From Mobula hypostoma (Eukaryota): a stretch of DNA of 64,000 nucleotides. The DNA lies in assembly GCF_963921235.1 (NCBI RefSeq), contig NC_086109.1, forward strand, positions 14,262,001-14,326,000, given 5' to 3'. A program made the translations under genes and the position numbers. Position 1 is the stretch's first letter, and every line of letters starts with the position of its first letter. Below, piece after piece: positions 53,573 to 64,000 of the stretch. Under the pieces are notes generated by a model that had not been told where the DNA came from, searched no databases, and saw only the letters and a program-made list of their open reading frames with translations.

Positions 53573-53691
53573 CATTACAATATCTTGACTGAGGACTCCT
53601 TTGACATTACCAGACCCATAATGAATAGCAAATACTTTTCCATTGGCTTCGTATGTTGTTGATCTAGATGAGTCATATCTGTTATGGGAAA
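53573..53691 (-). CDS. ren: Renin exon 4 (flap region)
   Basis: Not in the ORF track. Translates (F)SHNRYDSSRSTTYEANGKVFAIHYGSGNVKGVLSQDIVM; acceptor ctttgtag, donor gtgaga; 119 bp, phase 1/0, in frame with exons 3 and 5. Confidence 0.93.
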
Positions 53692-54409
53692 CTACAAAGG
53701 AACGAACAAGGTGCAAGCTGGTTACTTTCAAGCAATTTAATTATTTTCTCTTTGTTCTAATTTAAAATGTATTGCAATCAGGAGTTTGCCTTTTTCTTTG
53801 TTGTAACCAATAAAAACAATAAAAATGAATCGATCCAAAAATATCTCAATAAAGAAAATGCTGCTTATCCCAATCAATAAAACCCTCTGCCAGAGATAAA
53901 TCTTCAATGTTAAGAATTTGCTGTTCATTTTGCTTTGAGAATGCTGCACGTGACTTTCAGAACACAAGCAAATCACAAGTGTGTGCAATATGCTGGGCAG
54001 TGACAGAGGCTCCCTGGCAAAGAATTGTTAAACTTCAATGAGCATCAAAAAATTCCAAATGATGTATATCTGAAACCAAAACAGGAAAAGTTTCAAACAG
54101 TCAGCAGATCAGGCAGCGTCTGTGAAAACTGAAACAGTCGACATTTCGGGTCTGGAACCTTTCAGCAGAAGTGGAAGAGAGAAACTGGCAAATTTTAAAC
54201 GTATTGAGTTTGCACACAATTTTATTATTAGTGAAGATTTAAATGTTATTCTGTTTTATAGAAAAAAAGCAATGGATGCATCTCTTGACATTTCTCTTTT
54301 ACAACACCCAAAAGTACTTCAAAAATATTCATAAAAATAGAAACAAAGCTCTTGAACAGAACCAAGGAAAATTTATATGCTAGCTTCATGTGAACCCACT
54401 ATTGGTCTG

Positions 54410-55310
54410 TAACAACTCACACAAAATGCTGGAGAAACTCAGCATCTATGGAAAAAAGTACAGTTGATGCTTCAGACCGAGACCCTTCGGCAGGACTGGA
54501 GAAAAGAAGATGAGGAGTAGATATAAAAGGTTGGGGAGAGGAGAGGGAAACTCAAAGTGATAGATGAAACCGGGAGGGGAAGGGATAAAGTAAAGAGCTG
54601 GGAAGTTGATTGGTGAAAGAGATATGGGGCTGGAGAAGGGGGAATCTGATCGGAGAGGACAGAAGGCCATGGAGGAAAGAAAAAGGGGAGGAGCACCAGA
54701 GGGAGGTGACGGACAGGCAAGGAGATAAAGTGAGAGAGGGAAAAGGGGATGGGGAGTGGTGAAGGGGTGGGGGCATTACTGGAAGTTTGAGAAATCGATG
54801 TTCATGTCACCAGGTTGGAGGCTACCCAGATGGAATATGAGGTGTTGTTCCTCCAACCTGATTGTGGCCTCATAGTGACAGCAGAGGAGACCATGGACTG
54901 ACGTGTCAAAATGGGAGGTGGAATTAAAATGAAAGGCGACTGGGAGATCACACACCTAGGTGCTCGGTGAAGCAGTCTCCCAATCTATGTCGGGTCTCAC
55001 TGATATACAGGAGGCCACACCAGGAGCACCAGAGACAGTACATGACCCCAAAAGATTCACAGGTGAAGTGTTGCCTCACCTGGAGGGACTATTTGGGGCC
55101 CTGAATGTTGGTGAGGGAGGAGGCTTAGGGGCAGGTGGAGTACTTGGCCTGCTTGCAAGGATAAGTGCCAGGAGGGGGTTGAGTGGGGAGAGATGAATGG
55201 ACAAGAGAGTCACGTAGGGAGCGATCCCTGCGGAAAGCAGAAAGTGTTGGGGGGGGGGAGGGAAAGATGTGTTTGGTGGTGGGATCCCGTTGGAGATAGC
55301 GGAGGTTCTG
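54410..55310 (-). mobile_element. Penelope-like element 3' part (GIY-YIG remnant + pLTR)
   Basis: 54957-55049 translates GVMYCLWCSWCGLLYISETRHRLGDCFTEHL, a degenerate GIY-YIG endonuclease motif; followed by a pyrimidine-rich 3' region and a hammerhead-like motif at 54461-54498. Confidence 0.85.
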
Positions 55311-56979
55311 CAGAATTATGACAGTGGTTCCCTGGCAGAGGATTGTTAAACTTTAATGAACATTTGGTGTGTGTTGCTTGGATTTCCTGCATCTGCAGAT
55401 TTTCTCTGGTTTGTGATTGGTCTATATCACCATCTAGTGGATAAGATGTGATAATCCTTTAGAAAGTCAGATTACTTGAGACGCTGGAAATCCAGAGTAA
55501 CACATACAAAATGCTGAAGGAACTCATCAGGCCAGTTAGAATCTATGAAAATGAATAAACAGATGACATTTTGAGCCATGACCCTTCAAAACATTGCCTG
55601 TTTATTCCCCTCCATAGATGCCACCTGACCTGCTGAGATTACCTGAACATTTTTGATTTTTTTTTAGCATTCTAGTTCACTTTAGTGATTTGTGATAACA
55701 ATTGTGTTTAGCAAAAGAAGTTATTTTCAGTTATTAAAAAAAAGCTGAAGCAAATGTGTCAGGTTTTGACTTCCTTAGTAAAGTTCAACAATAAACGATA
55801 CCCATCCATTCAAAGACCCATTTCATTATTAAACTGAGGTTGTCCCCCATCCTTCCCATCTCAGTCACCATACCCACTAAGGTTTTCTATAACATACTAG
55901 CAAACAATTACCATTGATCCAAAAACCTGTGCACAGTATCTGCACTTTTGAAAGTCACATTCTTAAAGTAAAATGAATTTATGAAATATTTTGCGGACAT
56001 TTTTATTAGCACACAAAAAAAGACATTTAACTATACAGTATCTATGCTGCTGTTAATTGCCTCTTATCCACTAAGGCTAAATCATTCCACTAGTTCATGT
56101 CTTTTTCCCCCTATTTCTTGCACTAGTTTTAATTTTGTATTTTTTTTTCTGAGCATCATATTTTGTTGTTTTACATTTTTTTCTGTTTCATCTAATTTTA
56201 GAATTGTTTTACTTTAAATGTATTGCACTTTGTCCTTGATGTTGGAATTGGAATTGGTTTATTACTGTGAGTGAGATACAGTGAAAAGCTTGTTTTGCGT
56301 GCTGTTTGTACGGATCAGATCATTACACAGTGAACTGCAGTCTTTTTATTTGGAGATACAGCACGGTAACAGGGTCTATCGGCCGCACCCGCCAAGTGAC
56401 CAATTAACATACTAACCTGTAGATCTTTGGAATGTGGGAGGAAACTGGTGCACTCAGAGGAAACCCACACAATTACGGGGAGAACGTACAAACTCCTTAC
56501 AAGCAGCAACAGAGTTGAACCTGGATCCCCCTCACTGTACTAGTGTTAGGCAAACCGCTTTTCTACTATGCTACCCTTCGAGACAGAGAATTTAGATTTA
56601 AAAGTTAGATTGAGTGATTAAAGTAGAAATAATGAGTGGCTTTGCGGGGAGCTGCTTGCAATGAGTCGTCAAGCTCTGAATCTATCTTGCTAAGACTGAT
56701 TTCTTTCCTGCTCCGTTATTGCTGGGGTGGATTGGTTCAGTCAGATTCAGGTGTTTCACAAGACATAACAGAGCTAAGGAAATTAAAAGACAATTAATTG
56801 TAAGCTAATTGTGGGGGTGTATGGTAATATAGCAGCACATTAGCTTTAAGCTGCCAGCTATCACCGATTGGAGTTGAATTCCCACCGTTGTCTGTTGAGA
56901 GTTTGTACGTTCTCCCTGTGAACGCGTAGATTTCCTCTGGGTGCTCTGGTTTCCTCCCACGTTGCAAAGATGTACAGGT

Positions 56980-59365
56980 TTGAGCTTTGACCAGTGGCCA
57001 ATCCAGACTTTGGAAGTTTGGAGAGGAGGGGACTTCAATCAGGTCCGCTGACCGAGGATAAAAGGCGACAGCAGATCATGGCAGCGTAACAGAGCTTTGA
57101 CCAGTGACCCATCGGCATCTGGGATTGACTGATTAGTAAGAGAAAATTAAAGGAAGGGGAGGAAAAGCACAGTGGCTGTTGTCTGATTGGATAGAGTCAG
57201 AGAGGTGATCTTGAGGCTTTAGCTCTTCGAGGCTTCAGTCACAGAAAGCAAAGAAAAGACAAGCTCGTTTGTCTTCTTCTCATCTTTATATCTACTTAGC
57301 CAGGACAGTGGAGATGCCAGGCAGGATAGTGGAATGCTTCTCTTGTAGGATGTGGGAAGGCAGGGAGACCTCCAGTGTCCCTGACGACTACAACTGTGAG
57401 TAGTGCATCCAGCTTCTAACACTCTGCATTAAGGAGCTGGAGCTGGAACTGGATGAACTCCGGGTCATTTGGGAGGATATATAGAGAGGTATGTAGTTAC
57501 ACCCAAGGTGCAGGACACAGGAAACTGGGTGATAGGAAGGGCAAAGGGATTACACACCTGTGCAGAGTACCCCTGTGGCCATCCCCCTCGACAACAGGTA
57601 TATCAGTTTGGAAACCGTTTGGGGGGGGTATGACCTAACAGAGAAGAGTCACAGTGGTCGGGTCTCTGGCACTGAGTCTTCCTCTGTGACTCAGAAGAGA
57701 AGAGGGGAAAAGAGGCACGCTGTGATAATAGGGGATTCTTTAGTTAGGAGAATAGACAGGAGGTTCTGTGGGCAAGAACGAGACTCCTGGATGGTCTGTT
57801 GCCTCTTGGGTGCAGGAGTCCGGGATATCTCAGATCGAGTTCTCAGCATTCTTAAGTGGGAGGTGAAGAGCCAGAAGTCGTGGTCCACGTAGGTATCAAT
57901 GATCTGGGTAGGATGAGTGACTAGGTTCTGCATTGCAAGTTCAGGGAGTTAGGTGCTAAGTTAAAGGGCAGGACCTCCAGGGTTGTGATCTCAGGATTGC
58001 CAGCCTTGCCATGTGCTACTGAGGCCAGAACTAGGAAGATTATACAGTTTAATATGTGGCTAAGGAGTTGGTGTAGGAGGAAGGGCATAAGATTTTTGGA
58101 TCATCGGGCTCTTTTCCAGGGAAATTGGGACCTGTACAGAAGGTACGTTTTGCGCCTAAACTGGAGGGAGTCTAATATCCCAGCGGGAAGGTTTGTTAAT
58201 GCTGCGTTGTGGGGTTTAAACTGGAATTGCAGGAGGATGGGAACCAGAGTGCTAGAACAGTTCGTGGAGAGGTTGTGGGGGCAGATGCTGGTAGGACCTC
58301 AGACAAAGTTAGGAATCAAAAGGTTGAGCATGGTGCAGCTATTGTCCTGAGCTGCCTACATTTCAATGGAATAAATATCTTAGGAAAGTTGGATAATAGG
58401 GCGAAAGATAATGTAACTAGTTTACTTACAGAGGCAGTGCGTAGTGAGGAGAGGCTGCTGATAGGGCAAAATTGCAGTCAAAAGGATGAGTTACAAAGTA
58501 AAAGGAGGACAATAATGAAAAGGGTGAATACAAGACTGAATGTGTTGTATCTGAATGTGAACAGTATATCGAATAAGGTAGATGAATTTGCAGCACAGTT
58601 GCAGATTGGCAGGAATGATGTTGTAGGCATCACTGAATCAGGCTGAAAGATTATAGCTGGGAGCTTAATGTCCAAGGATACACATCGTATTGAAAGGATG
58701 GGCAGGAAGGCAGAGGGAGCATCATTGCTCTATTGGTAAAAAATGAAATCAGATCATTAGAAAGAGGAGACAGAGGGTCAGAAGGTGTTGAACCATTGTG
58801 GATAAAACAAAGGAACTGAAAGGATAAAAAGACCCTGATGGGCATGTAAACAGACCCCCAACATAAGGATGTGGTCTACAAATTACAACGGGAGAATGAA
58901 AATGCATACCAAAACAGCAATGTAATGATAGTCCTGGGGGACTTCAATATGCAGGTACATTGGGAAAATCAGGCTGGTGCTGGATTCCAATGTGTAATGG
59001 AGAAAGCCCTTGATAGAGGGAATGTTGAGAGGATGTTTCCCATGGTGGGAGAGTCTAAGACCGGAGGACACAGCCTCAGAATAAAGCAGCATTCTTTTAG
59101 AGCAGAGATGAGGAGGAATTTCTTTAGCCAGAGAGTGGTGAATCTGTGGAATTCTTTGCCACAGGCAGCTGCGGAGGCCAGGTCTTTAAGTATATTTAAG
59201 GCTGAGGTTGATAGATTCTTGATTGGTCGGGGCATGAAGGGATACAGGGAGAAGGCAGGAGATTGGGGCTGAGAGGAAAATTGGATCAGTCATGACAAAA
59301 TGGCAGAGGAGACTCAATGGGCCGAATGGCCTAATTCTGCTCCGATAATCTTATGATCTTATGGG
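56980..59365 (+). mobile_element. Chimeric, internally deleted CR1 (5' UTR, ORF1, EN start, 3' end)
   Basis: ORF1 (AVIIGDSLVR), endonuclease start, then a jump at ~58990 directly to the RT C-terminus (FFSQRVVNLWNSLP) and a (tctta)n-type tail. Confidence 0.85.
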
Positions 59366-59556
59366 TTAGGGTTACTGAGTTGTGGTTATGCTTTGCTGGT
59401 GTTGGAAGTGTGGCAACACTTGTGGGCACAATCCCTACTGATTTTCCTGCATGTTTTGATGTTTCAATATACATGTAACAAATAAAGTTAATTTTTAAAT
59501 CTCTTTAGTCATCCTCTTTACCCTTCCCTTGACTTGGCTGACTTTGGTCCCTTTTA

Positions 59557-59778
<222 letters not shown>

Positions 59779-62462
59779 TCAAAGCCAAAGTTCAAATTAA
59801 AGTCTAAACAGAAGAGATTCTGCAGATGCTGGAAATTCAGAGTAACAGATATAAAATGCTGGAGGAACTCAGCAGTTTAGGCAGAATCTATAGAGAAGAT
59901 TAAACAGGAAGAAACTACCTTGAAGTAAATTTATTATCAAAGTACGTATGTGTCACCAAATACTACCCTGAGATCCATTGTCTTTCGGGCATTCACAGGA
60001 GATCAAAGACGATTTGGATCAATGGCAAAAATACCCCTAAACAAAGACTGACAAACAACCAATGTGCAAAAGAAGACGATCTGGAGAGAAACGGGAATGT
60101 TCGGGGTGGGAGGAGTCTTTGATTAGGTCGAAAGCTTTGTTGAGGTAGCGAGAAGTATAGACAGAGTCCATGATGAGTTATGTCCGCAAATCTCTGTAGT
60201 TTCTTGAGGGCTGGGGCAGAGCAGTTGCCATACCGACTCATGATGCATCTGGATAGGATGCTTTCCATGATGCATGGATAAAAATTGGTGACAGCCAAAG
60301 GGCACGTGTCAAATTTCTTTAGCCTCTTTAGGACGTTGAGAAGCTGCGGTGTAAACCTTGCATCAGAATGGTTTGTTGTTCTAGGTTCCAGCACCTGCAG
60401 TCTCTTGTGTCAGAATTTTCAGCTTTTGTGTTTACTGCTGCTGTTATTTTGGGAGGGGGTTCAGATTTTGGCGAAGTTTTGAGGGAGGATGGTGTAGTTT
60501 CAGGCCACTAACAGATGCTAAGTGTTCAGGCTGTGGGAGGGCCCTTACTTTGAAGACAGAGCAAACAGTAACAAGGAGAGGAGGCAAGGCAAGACCAAAG
60601 CCAGGGGGTAGAGGGTGGTGCAGAGTGACCTATGATTCAAGCATAAGCCAGATGATATCGCGGTGCAGTTACCTCACGGTGCCTGAGACTTGGGTTTGAC
60701 TCTGACCTTAGGCGTGGTCAGAGATATGTTTGCACATTGACCTGTGACCTCGTGGGTTTTCTCTGGGTGCCCTGGTTTCCTCCCACATTCCAAAGACAGT
60801 GTATGCTGGATTATTTGGTTACTGTAAACCGCCCAGAATGTAGACGAGTGGTAGTGCAAGATGACAATGTGGAGGGGATGAAAAATCTATTCCTCTCTAT
60901 AAATACTGCCTGACTTGCTGAGTTTCTCCAGCACTTTGTGTCTATGTTCCACAGCATTAACTGCCCATTAACCTTGAATTGTCTCTCGGTATGTAGTGAC
61001 GATCCAACTGTGGAGTTATTATTGGCACTGAAAGAGGCCTTTTGGTCCTTGGGCTGCATAGCACGATCTTTCTCCATGTTATTTTTCTATGATTGTATGA
61101 CTATGAAGAGCCAAGAATCATTTGGGATGAGACGTGGAAGTAGATACCAGACAATGAGTTCTCCAGCATTTTGTGTGTGTGCTTTGGATTTACAGCACCT
61201 CTGGACTTACTCATGTTTATGAACCACTATCTACATTCTCTCTCCCATCAACACCCATTGGCCACCGGTCTACGAGAGTGTGTAGCTAACATGTTTATTC
61301 TGCTTTTTCCGTAAGGCAGGAAGGAGCGCTTCCTTCCTTGACATGCAACCTCAACAACCTTCACACTGTAAACAAATAAAAACTGCCCCTCACCACACCA
61401 CAGAACGTAAACACCCCGGCCTAAAACCAAGGAGGTTGGCATTCTGTAACAATCCATCCCCAAAGAGTAACCATTTCTGTCTCAACTCCAGAGTGAGATG
61501 AAGTACTCTCTCCTTGCCCGGACGCAGCCAGCTCCAACAACACTCATGAAGCTTGATGCAAGCCGGGACAAAATAGCCAACCCCACCCACCAGCCTAAAG
61601 AAATCATTCTCTCCACTGCTGGCAGTGCGTAGCATCTACAAAATACTTCGTAATTACTCTCTCAGGCTACTCTGACAGCATCTCCCAACAATGAAAAATA
61701 TCGTACAACGAAATAGCACTAGATATAACTACCCCTCCAAGTCACACTCCATCTCGTGTAAATGCGAGTGGGATCTATTGATTTTCCGATCCACAGGTTC
61801 TTTTAGGAGTCCAAGAATGAGAGAAAAATTCTTGCGTCACGATGGCTTATTTTAATGCTTAAACAAAGAACAGATACAGAGGATATGAAACAAAAGAAAA
61901 GATCTAAGGCAAAGACAAAGACTAGATGGCAGTTTTTGCAGAGATTGACACTTCTATACTGAGATAGGGCCGCATTCCTGAGATAAGCAAAGAGCCAGTT
62001 AAAAGACGCACAGTCACAGCAAGTGTGCAATGTGCTAACACTTAGCCACTGAAAAATGAAAAGGTGATATTGTAAACCATTCTGTAGCGGTTATACTGCT
62101 TTGCCACCAGTAGGTGGAGACAAACACCATGTACTGTGAAAAATGTAGGCAAAGAATATGTAATAAAACAATTGCTAAAAATCATTAGTTCAACCAATGC
62201 TTTATTAAAAGCATAAAAAACAACCGATTCCAACATGTGAAAGGGGCTTTTCCCGTTACCAGATCACTTAAGAACCAGGGTTCAGTTACATTTTCACAGA
62301 GATACAGCACAGTAACAGGCTCTTCAGCCCAATGAGCCCATGGTACTCAATTACACCCATGTCACCAATTAACCTACTAACCAGTAGGTATTTGGGACAT
62401 GGGAGGAGACTGGAGCACCTTGAGGAAACACTGCCCTCACAGGCAGAATATACAACCACCTT

Positions 62463-63961
62463 CGTCAGAGTCTGGGCAGGGCAGTTGGCTGGGGTCTTCA
62501 CTGACATTTTTAATCTGTCCCTGGCCCAGGCAGTTGTCCCCACAAGCTTCAAGATCGCTACCACTATGCCAGTGCCGAAGCGTTGCACTGCCACGGGCCT
62601 GAATGACTTCCGTCCAGTTGCACTCACTCCCATCATTGCAAAGTGCTTTGAGAGACTGGTTCTATCACATCTGAAATCCTGTCTGCCCTCTACCCTGGAC
62701 CCCCATCAATTTGCCTACCGCACCAACAGGTCAACAGAGGATGCCATCTCCACAGCACTTCACTCTGCCCTGACCCACCTGGACAGCCCCAACTCTCACG
62801 TCAAAATGCTGTTCGATGACTTTAGTTCAGCATTCAATACTGTGATCCCCTCCAAACTGATCGCCAAACTTCGCCAGCCTGGTATCAGCTCATCCCTCTG
62901 CAATTGGACTTTGGACTTTCTGACTAACAGACCCCAATCAGTTAAGTTAGACAACCTCTCCTCCTCCACTCTCACCCTGAACACCGGCGTGCCTCAAGGC
63001 TGTGTGCTGAGCCCTCTTCTGTACTCCCTTTTCACCTATGACTGCGTTCCTGTACATGGTTCTAACTCCATAATTAAGTTCACAGACGACACCATGGTTT
63101 ATGGCCTGATCAGGGATGACGAGACGGCCTACAGGGACAAGGTCCAGCACCTAGTCGCGTGGTGTGTTGACAGCAATCTGGCCCTTAATACCCAGAAGAC
63201 CAAGGAGATCATTGTAGACTTCAGGCATGCTAGGAGCCACACTCACGTGCCCATCTACATCAACGGAGCTGTAGTGGAGCGTGTATCAAGCTTCAAATTC
63301 CTTGGTGTCCCTATTTCCGAGGATCTCACCTGGTCCCTGAACTCCTCCATCCTGATCGAAAGGGCACAACAGCACCTTTATTTCCTGTGGAGCATCAAGA
63401 AAGCTTACCTCTGTCCCAGGATACTGACGGACTTTTACTGCTGTACCATTGAGAGCATACTCACCAACTGCATCTCAGTGTGGTATGGTAATTGTCCCGT
63501 ATCGGATCGCAAAGCACTCCAGCATGTGGTGAAAACTGCCCAGCGGATTATCAGCACCCAATTTCCCACCATTGAGAACATCCACCACAAACGCTGCCTG
63601 GGCAGGGCGAAAAGCATTATCAAGGATGCATCTCACCCTAACCATGGGCTTTTTACTCTCCTCCCATCCGGTAGGCACTACAGGAGCCTCCGCTCCCACA
63701 CCAGCAGGCACAGGAAGAGCTTCTTCCCTGAGGCTGTGACCCTGCTGAACCTCACATCACAGCGCTAAGCAGTATTGCACCCATATTGTACTGTCTCGGT
63801 GCTTTTATATTTGTATGCTGTAGCACTTTTTATTCACGGCTATTTTGTAAATAACACTATTCTTTGCCTTTCTGGTCAGATGCTAACAGCATTTCATTGG
63901 CTTTGTATCTGTACTTGGCACAATGACAATAAAGTTGAATCTAATCTAATCTAATCTAATC
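62463..63961 (+). mobile_element. Rex1/Babar-type LINE, 5'-truncated, open RT ORF
   Basis: Uninterrupted frame to 63768 with [36 protein letters not shown]; 3' aataaa and (aatct)n tail; inserted in a minus-strand SINE that resumes at ~63962. Confidence 0.9.
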
Positions 63962-64000
63962 TTACTGACAGGTGGAATTGAACCCTACTCTCTGGTGCTG

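Noticed and set aside
60811..61230. Candidate renin exon 2 (ORF with ANNNST, nearby gtaagt donor)
   Set aside because: No LKKMPS-like propeptide or LTNY.D ending and no compatible splice pair; exons 1-2 probably lie beyond 64000.

Overview
Eukaryotic, repeat-dense vertebrate DNA; the repeat families (V-domain SINEs, esterase-type CR1, RTE, Rex1/Babar-type LINEs, Penelope remnants) suggest a cartilaginous fish, probably a ray (inference). The only host gene I can support is a renin gene (ren) on the minus strand. Seven exons (3-9 in 9-exon numbering) lie between 59727 and the stop at 9935. They splice GT-AG in frame to 969 nt (322 aa + stop), with both catalytic DTG motifs, six cysteines and renin-diagnostic motifs. 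I did not find exons 1-2, which probably lie beyond the window end. Introns and the 3' flank are mostly transposon debris: three large CR1s, two RTE copies with clear TSDs in inverted orientation, a Rex1/Babar RT, a decayed Gypsy element, a solo LTR, a hAT MITE, Tc1-like hairpin mini-MITEs, SINEs and a 31-bp minisatellite. The most notable non-coding signal is a ~38-nt motif present in at least ten degenerate copies inside the Penelope-derived repeats. Its consensus is a minimal type I hammerhead ribozyme (CAGUC-CUGAUGA-A-GGGUCUCGGCCC-GAAA-CGUC-GACUG). Most short ORFs in the track are artefacts.
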